A stretch of DNA of 63,722 bases from Octopus bimaculoides (Eukaryota). Numbering within the stretch: the stretch's first letter is position 1; each line of letters opens with the position of its first letter. The translations under genes were made by a program, and so were the position numbers. Of this stretch, positions 1 to 13,910 are shown in pieces. The notes below the pieces were generated by a model, which saw only the letters and a list, made by a program, of their open reading frames with translations, did no database searches and was not told the origin of the DNA. The stretch covers positions 50,999,944 to 51,063,665 of the forward strand of contig NC_068994.1 of NCBI RefSeq assembly GCF_001194135.2. The letters run 5' to 3'.

Positions 1-33
1 ATTGTGCAGCAGTAAATAACAACAGCAATAATA

Positions 34-81
<48 letters not shown>

Positions 82-1159
82 GCAACAACAACAAGTTCAA
101 CCAAGAAATTTGAAATTGTAAAGTCATTGAAAGATCATTGAAAGACAGAAATAGCTGTGAATTTTTATGGCATAGATTCAATAGTTCTCAAAATGAAACT
201 AATAATAATAATAATAATTATTATTATTATTGTTATTAAATAAAGAAAGAAACAAAACTAAATTCTTGCACTTGATCTTTTGTCTGTTATTTGGACAGCT
301 TTCATTTTTTTTTTTTCCCCTCCTTTACAAAGATGTCAGCAAAGTGCAAAATTATTAAATGGACGAGGCCCAGTGGGGGTAAAAAGTCTTTGAAAAATGT
401 CAGAATTTAGAAACAAAACAAAACAAAAAAAATATATATATATATAAAAGAAAAATTATTGTAAAGACATTTGATTGACAAAATATAATTTAGAAACGAA
501 AACAAAAAAAAAACAACACAAATTATATAAAATATTAGTTAACATTGCATGACACAGTTTACATTGGTTCATAAGGAGAAAAATTCTTTTGAAAAGTCCT
601 ATTCAACATCAACTCAACTCCTACTACTACCACCACCACCACCATGACTACTACTACTACTACTACTACTACTACAAAAGTATCATAAATGGGCACAAGG
701 ATGACTGCGTGGTCAAGAAGTTCACTTTACGGCCACGTGATTTTGGGTTGAGTCCCAATACACGACACTTTGGGCCAGGTTCTTCTTCAACAGACCTGGA
801 CAGATCCAACCTATTCCTTGTGATTCGATAGACAGAAACTGTGTTGAAGCCCATTTTATAAATGTGTGTGTCTCTTCTCAGTGCACTCTGCATGTTAGTG
901 GGAACATTACTGAGTCAAGTGAAAAAGTTTGAGGATCTTGGCAGCCACAAATTCACAAGTGATGGGAAACAGGAGGCTGAACTGGATGCTAGATTTGCAG
1001 GTCGAGCAACTACATGGTAGACGCCTCATCAGTGGAACTTGTGTTGTTTTGTCCAGAGCAGACAAATGATGACATAGTGATGACCACATGGAAGGGTGGG
1101 GGGGGAAGGGCAGCAGCCCAATGCTGTATGTACATCTCACAGCTAATGCTGTTCAAATA

Positions 1160-2654
1160 TCCTTTCTGTTATAGGCACAAGGCCTGAAATTTTTTGGGGG
1201 GGATAAGTTGATTATATTAACCCCAGTATTCAGCTAGTACTTAGTTTATCGACCCTGAAAGAATGGAAAGGCAAAGTTAACCTCAGAATGTAAACACAGA
1301 TGAAATGCCATGAAGCATTTTGCCTGATGAGCTAATGATTCTATCATCTCGCCACCTTTGATGGATTTCAAATATGGCTGTCATTTTTGATAACAGGTGC
1401 AATGCTTGCATGCATGGGTAAGAAGTTTGCATCGGGATCATGTGGTTGCGGGTTCAATCCAAGTATGTGGTACACTGGACAAATGTTCTTATGACCATAA
1501 ACTCGAGGTCGACCAATGCATTTAGAGTGAAATATGCTGAATGTTAAACTGGAGAGAAAACTACCATGTATGTGTGTGTGTATGTGTGTGTGGGTGTGCA
1601 TACACGGAGGATGGGCAAAGAAAACTACATAGTTCTTATCTACTCTAGGCACAAGGCCTGAAATTTGTGGGGAGGGGGTAAGTTGATCAAATCGACCCCC
1701 AATATTTGACTAGTACTTAATTTGTGGACTCCAGAAGGATGAAAGGCAAAGTCGGCCTTGGTGGAATTTGAACTCAGAACGTAAAAACAGATGAAGTACC
1801 GCTAAGCATTTCATCTGGCATGCTAATGTTTCTGCCAGCTCACCGCCTTACTACTTTATTGATAGAAAGAAAGAAAAATGCTTTACGGTTATTAAGTTGC
1901 AAATACATCCCTTTACTCAAACGTGGACTTAGCCATTTCAGTCAATAAAGAGATAAGTGCTAGACAAAGCAAAACTCACTGAAGGCTACTGATAATGAAA
2001 GAATATTAATAATAATAAAAAAAAGAAAGAAATGAAAAAAGAAAAATGAAAGGAAGAAAGCTTACACTTGTTCAATCTTTGGTTGAAACAGTTGTAAAGA
2101 TATGGTCTTCTTCTTAATTTTCTGCACCAGAGCAGAATGGCTGGCTTCCCCGGCAGCACTTATGTCTTGCATCAGTTTGGATATTTGTTCCTATTCAACA
2201 AGATAATAATGATTATTTCAAATTTTTGCCACAAGGGCAGCTTGGGGGAGGAGGTGGGAGGATAAGTCAATTACATGGACCCCATTGTTCAACTGGTACT
2301 TATTTTATCAACCCCAAAAGGATGACAGGCAAAGTCAACCTCGGCAGAATTTGAACTCAGAACATAAAGATGGACAAAATGCTGCTAACCATTTTGCCTA
2401 GCGTGCTAACGATTCTGCCAGCTCACCACTTTAATAATAATAATAATAATTCTTTCTACAATAGGCACAAGGCCTATAATTTGTGGGGAGGGGGTAAGTT
2501 GATCAAATCGACCTCCAATATTTGACTGGTACTTAATTTATTGACCCTGAAAGGATGAAAGGCAAAGTTGACCTCAGTGGAATTTGAACACAGAACATAA
2601 AGACAGACGAAATACCGTTAAGCGTTTCACCTGACATGCTAACAATTCACCACC

Positions 2655-2660
<6 letters not shown>
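1160..2660 (-). mobile_element. Cluster of four co-oriented family-B SINEs (other copies 12307-12920, 18480-18700, 22669-23100, 46790-47000, 48745-48935, 51010-51330, 63390-63722)
   Basis: Repeated AGGCACAAGGCCTGAAATT...GGCAAAGTCGACCTCGGCGGAATTTGAACTCAGAACG pattern. Confidence 0.85.
2066..2190 (-). CDS. NOP14: NOP14 coding exon 20 (EQISKLMQDISAAGEASHSALVQKIKKKTISLQLFQPKIEQ)
   Basis: gaatag acceptor, gtaagc donor; 125 nt; LQLFQPK resembles the Nop14 LKLFTPR motif. Confidence 0.85.
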
Positions 2661-2688
<28 letters not shown>

Positions 2689-3547
2689 GAATGACTTTAA
2701 TATCCACTTTTCCATGCTTGCATGGGTCAGAAGGAATTTGTTGAGGAAGATTTTCTGTGACCAGATGTCATTCCCTGTTGCCAGCATTCACCTGTTTCCA
2801 ATTAAGGTAATACTTCTGAATAACCAGAAAGTTTGAGAACAAAGTACACCATTGGCATGACAGTGACACTTGCAAACACACACGTGATGGGTTTTATTCA
2901 TTTTCCATCTACCAGGTCCACTTGCAAAGCTTTGGCTGGCCCAGGGCTATAGTAAAAGACACTTGTCCAAGGTGCCATGCACCGGAAACCATGTGGCTGG
3001 GAAACAATCTTCTTACCATACAACCATGTCTGCATTTATACACTGGATAATTCAACCCCAAGTCTTATACGTTAGGGAAAAGGACAGGATGGTCACAGTT
3101 GGAAGGCAGATAATCATAGCTGTTTGATGGTAGTCACTTGTAGTCCTGGTGGAATAGCTTTGATAATATATTTGATCAATTAAGGCTGACCTAGGGCTAA
3201 ACAATGATGATGACAACAGATATTAATCAATGAGGGAACTCCAACATGATTGCTCGACCTGTTAGAAACAGCAGTCAAACTGCCCTCAAATGATGTCCTA
3301 CCACCTTAAGTAGAAAGAACACTTTGGATTAAGATGGTTCTAGCTAAATGCAATGTATCCCTGTGTCTGAATAGAAAAACAAGATGGGGTGGCCATAATT
3401 GGAACAGTTTTGATCAGAGCTGAAATGTGGCCTCAACAACAACAACAACAATGATAATAATAAACAAAATACTAAAGCAGAAATATTAATACCAGTAATA
3501 GAATACATTAGTAACTTGGTTTAATTTCTTAGCTACATGTACGTGCA

Positions 3548-3588
<41 letters not shown>

Positions 3589-6500
3589 ATGTGCATGTGT
3601 AAGTCTGTGTAATTGCATGTGTTTGTGTGTGTATGTATATGTGTCTGTGTGTGGTTCACATTTGAAAATCAATATAAAGATGAGAGAGTTGAAAGAGGGA
3701 TCAGAGAAAGAGGGAGAGATCCCTAAAGGAGACAGCAATTTGGTAGTGCATGTGTGTGTGTGTGTGTGTGTCTGTTAGATGAGAGAGAGAAAGGGGAGAG
3801 GAGAGAAGAGGGAGGGAGGTTTTGTCTGCATAACTGTATAAGGATGATGCCAAATTAATCAAATGCAGATTCTAAAATCAGATCTTTTAGAAGTACATTA
3901 CCACCTCCCCCTGCATCTACTCAAACCAACACCACCGCCACCACAACAACAACACCACTGACTACCATCACTGCTGCCAACACTACCACATCCAACAATA
4001 TCTTCACCATCGCCACATACATCTGTAGCACCTTAACCACCATCAACGCCACCACCACCACCACCACCTTCCTAGGCATCCNNNNNNNNNNNNNNNNNNN
4101 NNNNNNNNNNNNNNNNNNNNNNNNNNNNNNNNNNNNNNNNNNNNNNNNNNNNNNNNNNNNNNNNNNNNNNNNNNNNNNNNNNNNNNNNNNNNNNNNNNNN
4201 NNNNNNNNNNNNNNNNNNNNNNNNNNNNNNNNNNNNNNNNNNNNNNNNNNNNNNNNNNNNNNNNNNNNNNNNNNNNNNNNNNNNNNNNNNNNNNNNNNNN
4301 NNNNNNNNNNNNNNNNNNNNNNNNNNNNNNNNNNNNNNNNNNNNNNNNNNNNNNNNNNNNNNNNNNNNNNNNNNNNNNNNNNNNNNNNNNNNNNNNNNNN
4401 NNNNNNNNNNNNNNNNNNNNNNNCCATGGTGGTGTTGATGTTAGTGCTGTAGTGGTTGTGATTTGATGGTAGTGGTGGGGGTGGATATGATAGTAGTGTG
4501 GTTGGTGTTTGTGTAAGTGCATTGTGAAAGTGAAAGTGCGATAGTTGTTGTTGCTGTTGTTTTGCCCCAGGTCAGTCAGCCCAGGTCAAGCAGATCTAAG
4601 ATTAAAAGACATTCCAGATGTGACCATGCCATCACACTATATCATCAAATGTGAAAGGTGGTAACAGGAGGGGGGGATTTGACTGGTGGCAGTGGCTGTA
4701 GTTGTTGTGGTAGTTTGGTAGTGGTAGTTGTGGTGGTTTGGTAGTGGCGGTTGTGGTGGTTTGGTAATTGTAGTGGTTTGGTGGTGGTGGTTGTGTTTGT
4801 GATAGTTTGGTAGTGGCAGTTGTGGTGGTTTGGTAGCAGTGATTTTAGTGGTGGTAGTTTGGTAGCGGTGGTTGTGGTTGCAGGTGTAATTTGGGTGGTT
4901 AGGGTCAGTTCTGATGCAGGAGATATCTGTGCCCAAAGATGTCCCAGCCATGACCACCACACCTTTTATCTAGGACTGACTTCTCCAGAGTATCCTTGCA
5001 TTTTTAAAGATAATAAAAGTGTATACATGAGGGAGATTTGGCTGTTCTTTTTAGTGAACATGGCTGGTGTTTGTTGCATCAGTGGCACAGTGCGATGAGT
5101 GTGGTGAGGAGGAGGAGGAGGTGGTGTAGTAGAGAGGAAATCAGGGGTGTGTGGGAATGGGGAAGAGTGGGTAGAAAGAGAAATGAAAAAGGAAGGGGTA
5201 AGAGATGGGAGAAGTAGAGAGAGAGAGAGAGAGAGAGACACACACACACACAGAGGGGGGATGGAGAAAGGAGACAAGGGGAGAGGAGGGAGAGAAGAGA
5301 CAGAGTGAAAAGAATAAGATAGAAAGAGAGGGAGAAAGAAAAGGATGAGAAGGATAGGAAGAGTANNNNNNNNNNNNNNNNNNNNNNNNNNNNNNNNNNN
5401 NNNNNNNNNNNNNNNNNNNNNNNNNNNNNNNNNNNNNNNNNNNNNNNNNNNNNNNNNNNNNNNNNNNNNNNNNNNNNNNNNNNNNNNNNNNNNNNNNNNN
5501 NNNNNNNNNNNNNNNNNNNNNNNNNNNNNNNNNNNNNNNNNNNNNNNNNNNNNNNNNNNNNNNNNNNNNNNNNNNNNNNNNNNNNNNNNNNNNNNNNNNN
5601 NNNNNNNNNNNNNNNNNNNNNNNNNNNNNNNNNNNNNNNNNNNNNNNNNNNNNNNNNNNNNNNNNNNNNNNNNNNNNNNNNNNNNNNNNNNNNNNNNNNN
5701 NNNNNNNNNNNNNNNNNNNNNNNNNNNNNNNNNNNNNNNNNNNNNNNNNNNNNNNNNNNNNNNNNNNNNNNNNNNNNNNNNNNNNNNNNNNNNNNNNNNN
5801 NNNNNNNNNNNNNNNNNNNNNNNNNNNNNNNNNNNNNNNNNNNNNNNNNNNACGATACCCTTAAAGCCAGGAACTTTTCACCACCCTCTCATTTATACAT
5901 ATATGTTTGTGTGGCACGTAAAAAACACCTTTTTGAGCGACGCCGTTGCCAGTAACCGTGTGACTGGCCCTCGTGCCAGTGGCACGTAAAAGCACCCACT
6001 ACACTCTCAGAGTGGTTGGCGTTAGGAAGGGCATCCAGCTGTAGAAACTCTGCCAGATCAGATTGGAGCCTGGTGCAGCCATCCGGTTCACCAGCCCTCA
6101 GTCAAATCGTCCAACCCATGCTAGCATGGAAAGCGGACGTTAAAGGATGATGATGATGAATACTCTTCCTATGTAAGGCACAAAAACCTAAACATCCACA
6201 CAGAAACATACATCTCCTCACACACACCATCTCTCTCTCTGATATACATACATGCATGCACACACACACACACACACATGCATACATACTCACAAACAAA
6301 TCTTTGTACAATTCCAGTCTTACCAAACTTACTCATGGCCATTCATCAGCCCAAGGTGCCACACAGTGGATGAGGTGGGGCGGGGTGAGCCACAGACTTG
6401 AGGAGCAAACTTCTTAATCATCTAACCAAGCCTGTTATATACGTGTGTGTGTCTTTGTTCCCTGCCACCGCTTGCCAGTGTCGGTGTGTTTATGGCCCCA

Positions 6501-8794
6501 TAATGTATCAGTTCAGCAAAAGGGATTGATAAAATAAGTACCAGGCCTCAAAAAAATTAGGACTGTGGGGGNNNNNNNNNNCAACTGAGAAAATTTTCAC
6601 GGCAGTGCCCCAGCATGGCCACAGTCTAATGACTGATAAAAGATACACCAGGTTGAGTTAAAAGCTTTTTTTAGGGGATTTTCAGATGATTTTGGGAAAT
6701 GTGAACCTCCATGTTGCATTCTCTTTACTCTTTTACTTGTTTCAGTCACTTGACTGTGGCCATGCTGGAGCACCGCCTTTAGTCGAGCAAACCGACCCCA
6801 GGACTTATTCTTTGTAAGCCTAGTACTTATTCTATCGGTCTCTTTTGCCGAACCGCTAAGTTACAGGAGACATAAACATACCATCATCGGTTGTCAAGCG
6901 ATGGTGGGGGGGACAAATACAGACACACACACGGGCTTCTTTCAGTTTCCGTCTACCAAATCCACTCACAAGGCTTTGGTCGGCCCGAGGCTATAGTAGA
7001 AGACACTTGCCCAAGGTGCCACGCAGTGGGACTGAACCCGGAACCATGTGGCTGGTAAGCAAGCTACTTACCACACAGCCACTCCTGCGTTCATTTATTT
7101 AAATTACAAAATGTTGTTCAATCATCACTGAATTGTTTATTCTTTATTTTACATCTTTTATAAATAAATGGCGAAAAAAAAATTGCAATTAGAGCCATTT
7201 TACGTACCTGTGGAAAAAAGGAGAGAGAGAGGGAGAAAAGAAATGAAGAAAGAAAGAAAGAAAGAAGAAGTTACCTGAATTACTGGTGGATATTTTTCTG
7301 TAGGAAGCTTATTGAGCTGAGTGGTAATTGGTTGGAAAATTGCTGCAAAACTTGGAAGACCAGAATACAATGTAGAGAACTCCTTGAGCAGACCCACTGC
7401 AACATGTATGGCACTCAACCTGTATAAAATGATACATACACATAAAAATACATGTGTGTGTGTGTGTGTGCTACTCTCTTTTTACTCTTTTACTTGTTTC
7501 AGTCATTTGACTGCGGCCATGCTGGAGCACCACCTTTAGTCGAGCAGGTTTGAACTCAATGAACTGGCTCCTGGAAAATTCAAATCCACTCCAAAGGCGG
7601 TGCTCCAGTATGGCCGCAGTCAAATGACCGAAACAAGTAAAAGAGAATACATACACACACATGCACACCTCACAATCACATGCATACATCTGCACACACA
7701 CTATATTATAAACATATATATATGTGCATACACACACACACAAGCTCTACACGCATATACATATATTATTTACCTCGACACACACTGCAATCATTATCAT
7801 CATCATCATCATTTAAATATCCATTTTTCCATGCTTGCATGAGTCAGAATGGAATTAGCTGAGGTAGATTTTGCTATGGCCAGGTGCCTTTCTTGTCACA
7901 AACCCTCACCTGTTTCGAAACCAGGTTAGGGTTAGGGTTGATCATGTTTCTACAGACCGGAAATGAACAACACTGAGTTTCGGATCAGGTCACTCATTTG
8001 TATTTATAGCAAAATGGCAAGACAAAGAGACACAAAGACACACAGTAATATAAACATCCTTTTCTTTTTACTCATTTCAGTCATTATACTGTGGCCATGC
8101 TGGGGCACTGCCTTGAAGAATTGACTCCAGTACTTATTTGTTTTAAAGCCTGATACTTATTCTATAAGTCTCTTTCGCTGAACTGCTAAGTTACAGGGAT
8201 ATAAACACACCAATATTGTCAAGTAGTGATTAGGGATAAACACAGACACACACACACAACAGGCTTCGTTCAATTTCTGTCCACTGACAAGGCTTTGGGT
8301 AGTCCAAGGCTATAATAGCCAATACACACCCAAGGTGCCACATAGCAATGGAGTAGGACTGAACCTGGAACCACATGGTTTAAAAGTAAGCTTTCTTAAC
8401 CACGCAGCCATGACACATATAACTCGTCTTGAAAGTGAATGATATCTGAGAACAGGCATCAAGCAATGATCCTCTTTTATAATCCTCCATGAAACAGATG
8501 AGGGTTGATGACGGGAAAGGCATCTAGCCATAGAAAATCTACCTTAATGAATTCTGCCTGACTCTTGCAAGCATGGAAAAAATAGAAGCTAAAAGAACAA
8601 TGCTGATACACACACACACACACATTTACATATACACACAAACATATGGAATTAAAAGCTCTTTCCACATACACACATATACATTTTCACACATAGATAT
8701 ACATGCACCATATGTTCACATACACTACACCCAACCTCTGTGTGTGTGTGCAAGAGACAGTGTATGTGTGTGCGTGCATGTGTATGTACCGTGC

Positions 8795-8826
<32 letters not shown>

Positions 8827-11800
8827 GTGTATATGTATATATGACAAATATATTGTGACAGGCTCACTCAAAATTAAGATGTCAGTCAAAGACACAGAAT
8901 CAGTCACCACCCCCTACCGCCACCACTGCCATCTCCCCACCCCTCCATTCCATCATCAACAACAAATTCTCCAGTTCCACTTTCCCCACCAGGACACACA
9001 CACACACACACACCAGCCGACCGACAGACTGACTGACAAGAGACAAAAGCCAGCAACCCAGTGTTATGATATCAGGAGAGAATACATTATAATACAGCTC
9101 GAGTGTTTTTAGACTCACTATTGATTTTTTAATTGGACTTATTCACAGTTCCTTCAGATAATAGTTGTTGCCATGGTAATTGGAAAATATAAAATAAAAA
9201 TGGGGGGGAGTGGGTAGGATAGGGTAGGGTGGAGTGTGTAGTTTGATGTTAGTACTGTTGTGTAGTATAGAACAGTGTGGCACTGGTGCAGTGCCGTGTG
9301 ACATAGAACGGTGTGTTATGGTACTGCACAACAAAACGTGGTATGGAGTGGTGTTTGCTGTGGTATGGTGTAGTGTATTTATTACTGTGTATTACTGGAG
9401 CTATACTGTTTGATGCCTGGAGTGGTGATATGCCGTACAGAACAGTGTGGTGTGGTGCATGTAGTAAATGTGGAATGGAGTGTTGTGGTCATCATCATCA
9501 TCGTTTAACGTCCACTTTCCATGCTAGCATGGGTTGGACGATTTGACTGAGGACTGGTGAACCAGATGGCTACACCAGGCTCCAATCTGATTTGGCAGAG
9601 TTTCTACAGCTGGATGCCCTTCCTAACGCCAACCACTCAGAGAGTGTACTGGGTGCTTTTATGTGCCACTGGCACGAAGGCCAGTCAGGAGGTACTGGCA
9701 ACAGCCACGCTCGAAATGGTGTATTTTACATGCCACCTGCACAAGGGCTAGCCCAGCGGTACTGGCAATGAACTCGCTCGAATGTCTTTTCACATGCCAC
9801 TGGCACAAGTGCCAGGAAGGCGACGTTGGTAATGGTCACGCTCAAATGGTGCTATTTACGTGCCACCGGCACAAAAGCCAGTGATTTACCAGTACTGGTG
9901 CCATCACGACTTCGCTTGCCCCAACAGGTCTTCGCAAGCCGAGTTTAGTGTTCAATGAAGACGTTGGCATGGGTGCCAGTCTACAAATTTAGTTCAATTT
10001 CGATTTCACTTGCCTCAACAGGTCTTCACAAGCAGAGTTTAGTGTCCAAAGAAGGAATGTTACGCATAAGTGGGCTTGATAAATAGGAGGGGGCTGAGGA
10101 CTGAACCTTGGTGGACCCCTACCTCTACCCGGAATTCTTCACTGTACTCATTGCCAACCCTCACCTTACTGACAGCGTCTCTGTACATGGCTTGCACAGC
10201 TCTCACTAACCATTCTTCTATCCCTAGTTTCCTCATTGACCACCAGATAAGGGATCGGGGGACCCTGTCAAAGGCTTTCTCCATGTCAACGAAAGCCAGG
10301 TACAGAGGTTTATCCTTGGCTAGGTATTTCTCCTGCAGCTGTCTTACCAGAAATATAACATCAGTGCTGATAGTAAGAAAAAAAAGTTGAAAGATTTTAC
10401 CTAAATTCGTTGCAGTCTAATGAAGTTGTGTCCTCCAGTTTGTTGATGAGGTCATCTTCATCTTTATCATCACTGTCATTGTTATCTTCACTCTTCTTGC
10501 TTTTGTTTCTCAAAGTCTTTGTCATCTGATTGCTGTCCCTGATCAACAGCCAGCTCAACTTCAATGGTTTCACGTTTTCACTAAAGAAGACACAGAAAGA
10601 AATTCAAACAACTATTTAATGATTTGAAACACAGCAAATACAATAAGACAGTGCATGAACCAATGAGGGAACCTCTATGTGGTTGCTCAACATGCTAGAA
10701 ATAACAATCATAGCTCCTTCAACTTACACCCACATCACATTCCTAAAAAATAAATACAGGCATGGCCCTGTAGTAAGAAGCTTGCTTCCCAATTATGTAG
10801 TTCTGGGTTCAGTCCAGCTGCCTGGCACCACGGGCAAGCATCTTCTGCTATAGCCTTGGGTCAACCAAAGCCTTGTGAGTGGATTTGGTAGACGGAAACT
10901 GAAAGAAACCAGTTGTATGTATATCTATATCTATGTATGTGTGTCTTTGTATCTGTTTGTCTTCCATCATTGCTTGACAACTGGTGTTGGTATGTTTACA
11001 TCTCTGTAACTTAGCAGTTTGGCAAAAGAGACCGATAGAATAATTCCTGGGGTCGATTTGTTCAACTAAAAAAAACCCAGCATGGCCAAAATCTAATAAC
11101 TGAAACAAGTAAAAGATATTTGTTATTAGACTTATGTGATGTATGCCACCATCATTTTATATTTAGTTTTCCATATTGGAACCAGCTGGATGAGTTGATT
11201 TCAAAATCAGCAATCCTCTACTTGTTGCAATCTTTAATCATCCCCTTTGTGATAAATACCAAGCATTACAAGAAAAAAAAGGTCCTGGGGTCAATTTTAA
11301 TGACTAAACCCTTCAAAGCTGTGCCCCAGCATGGCCATAGTCCAATGACTGAAACAAACAAAAGATAAAAGAAACTCAGAACTTGAAACTAGGGGTATAT
11401 TTACCTTTGTGCCTGTTCACTGATCCGTAAAAGACCCTGTGGACAGGTAGATATTTGGAAAGGTGGCAGGAACACCACAGACTCTGTAAAAAGAGAGAAA
11501 CAGACAGATAAGCATTAATGGTGCCATCAGTATCATCATCATCATCGTTTAACGTCCGCTTTCCATGCTAGCATGGGTTGGACGATTTGACTGAGGACTG
11601 GTGAAACCGGATGGCAACACCAGGCTCCAATCTAATTTGGCAGAGTTTCTACAGCTGGATGCCCTTCCTAACGCCAACCACTCAGAGAGTGTAGTGGGTG
11701 CTTTTACGTGTCACCCGCACGAAAACGGCCACGCTCGAAATGGTGTCTTTTATGTGCCNNNNNNNNNNNNNNNNNNNNNNNNNNNNNNNNNNNNNNNNNN

Positions 11801-13871
11801 NNNNNNNNNNNNNNNNNNNNNNNNNNNNNNNNNNNNNNNNNNNNNNNNNNNNNNNNNNNNNNNNNNNNNNNNNNNNNNNNNNNNNNNNNNNNNNNNNNNN
11901 NNNNNNNNNNNNNNNNNNNNNNNNNNNNNNNNNNNNNNNNNNNNNNNNNNNNNNNNNNNNNNNNNNNNNNNNNNNNNNNNNNNNNNNNNNNNNNNNNNNN
12001 NNNNNNNNNNNNNNNNNNNNNNNNNNNNNNNNNNNNNNNNNNNNNNNNNNNNNNNNNNNNNNNNNNNNNNNNNNNNNNNNNNNNNNNNNNNNNNNNNNNN
12101 NNNNNNNNNNNNNNNNNNNNNNNNNNNNNNNNNNNNNNNNNNNNNNNNNNNNNNNNNNNNNNNNNNNNNNNNNNNNNNNNNNNNNNNNNNNNNNNNNNNN
12201 NNNNNNNNNNNNNNNNNNNNNNNNNNNNNNNNNNNNNNNNNNNNNNNNNNNNNNNNNNNNNNNNNNNNNNNNNNNNNNNNNNNNNNNNNNNNNNNNNNNN
12301 NNNNNNATGCCAGGTGAAATACTTAGCGGTATTTCGTCTGCCATTACATTCTGAGTTCAAGTCCTGCTGAGGTCGACTTTGCTGTTCATCCTTTCGGAGT
12401 CAATAAATTAAGTACCAGTTGCATACTGGGGTCGATCTTATTGACTGGTTAAAAAAAAGAAGAAAAAAAAAGCCAAACCTAGCAGAATTGTTAGTGTGCC
12501 AGGGGACATGCTTAGCGGTATTTCACCTGTCGCTACTTTCTGAGTTCAAATTCTGCCGAGGTTGACTTTGCCTTTCATCCTTTCAGGATCAATAAATTAA
12601 GTACCAGTGATACACTGGAGTTGATGTAACCAACTAGTCCCCTCCCTTAAAAAAATTTCAAGCTTTGAGCCTATAATAGAAAGGATTATTATTATTATTA
12701 AAGCAGTGAGCTGATAGAATCGTCAACATGCTGTGCAAAATGCTTAGAGGCATTTCATCCATCATTATGTTTTGAGTTCAAATTCTGCTGAGGTCAATTT
12801 TGCTGTTCATTCTTTGTGGGGTTGATATACTAAGTACCAGTCAAACACTGGGGTTGTCAATGATATCAATTCACCCCTCGCCTAAAATTGTTGGCTTTGT
12901 GCAAAATGTTGAAAGCATTATTATTAGCATTATGTTGGCTGGCAGAAGTGGACTAGGATATGGCCTAGTTACTCATAGAGTTAAGTAGGTTCTCCAAGGA
13001 GGTGTCATACACAATGACTGGTAATAGCAGCATTATTGTCATCTGTGACAAAGGTTAAGACGAAAAGAGAAATAAAGACTTACTGGTATTTGAGGGTTCA
13101 ACAGTGGCTAAAGTAAGGACAGCATAGAGGAAGTTCATGACCTCTGGTATATATCTTTTAGACATGGAGACACACTGCAAGAACAGAGAGAACATAGACC
13201 AATCAGAAACGATGCTATAATCAGCAAATTGACATAAACAACCAGATCCTCTAATGAGATTTAATCTTTTAGCATTCAGATTACTGTGAAACACAATGTT
13301 TACTTATTCAGATTGCTTTTAATTAATCATGCATTATCTCATAGCTTTGAGATTTTGATAATGTGATAGTTTAATTTTTAAAATGACATTGTAAGGTAAG
13401 TATGAGAGGTTGAATCTGGCCAGTTTCAACATAAGACATGTAGAGTATTTTGGCCCGATACAGCCTGTTTAAATACTAAAAGATTGAACAACATATATAT
13501 TACTTGGCAGGCAACTGAGTTATTGATTACCCTTCAAATCAGATTCTATAATTTATGATATAAGATGATACAATTTGTAACAAAAATCTCTGCTTACCTG
13601 TAATAGTATAGTACTGATAAATAAACCAGCAGCTACATCTCTCTCACATGAAATCAGACACTGGAAATAAAGTATTTGAGATATTAGAAAAAATGTAAGC
13701 TGTGATCATAAAAATAACAATCCTTTCTACGATAGGCACTACAAGGCCAGAAATTTTGGAAGTGGTGGCTAGTTGATTACATCGAACCCTCTGCTAGACT
13801 AGTACTTATTTTATTGACCCAAAAATTTTGAACCCAACCCTGGGTTCTCATTCCTAAGGTATTTTTGCTGA

Positions 13872-13910
<39 letters not shown>

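Noticed and set aside
7924-7938. Interstitial telomeric TTAGGG
   Set aside because: Only about two units, which is within chance expectation.
13175-13294. Upstream extension of NOP14 exon 16 suggested by the ORF track
   Set aside because: The missing peptide is supplied by the separate exon 13598-13660. The extension is branch-site/pyrimidine tract plus MITE sequence.
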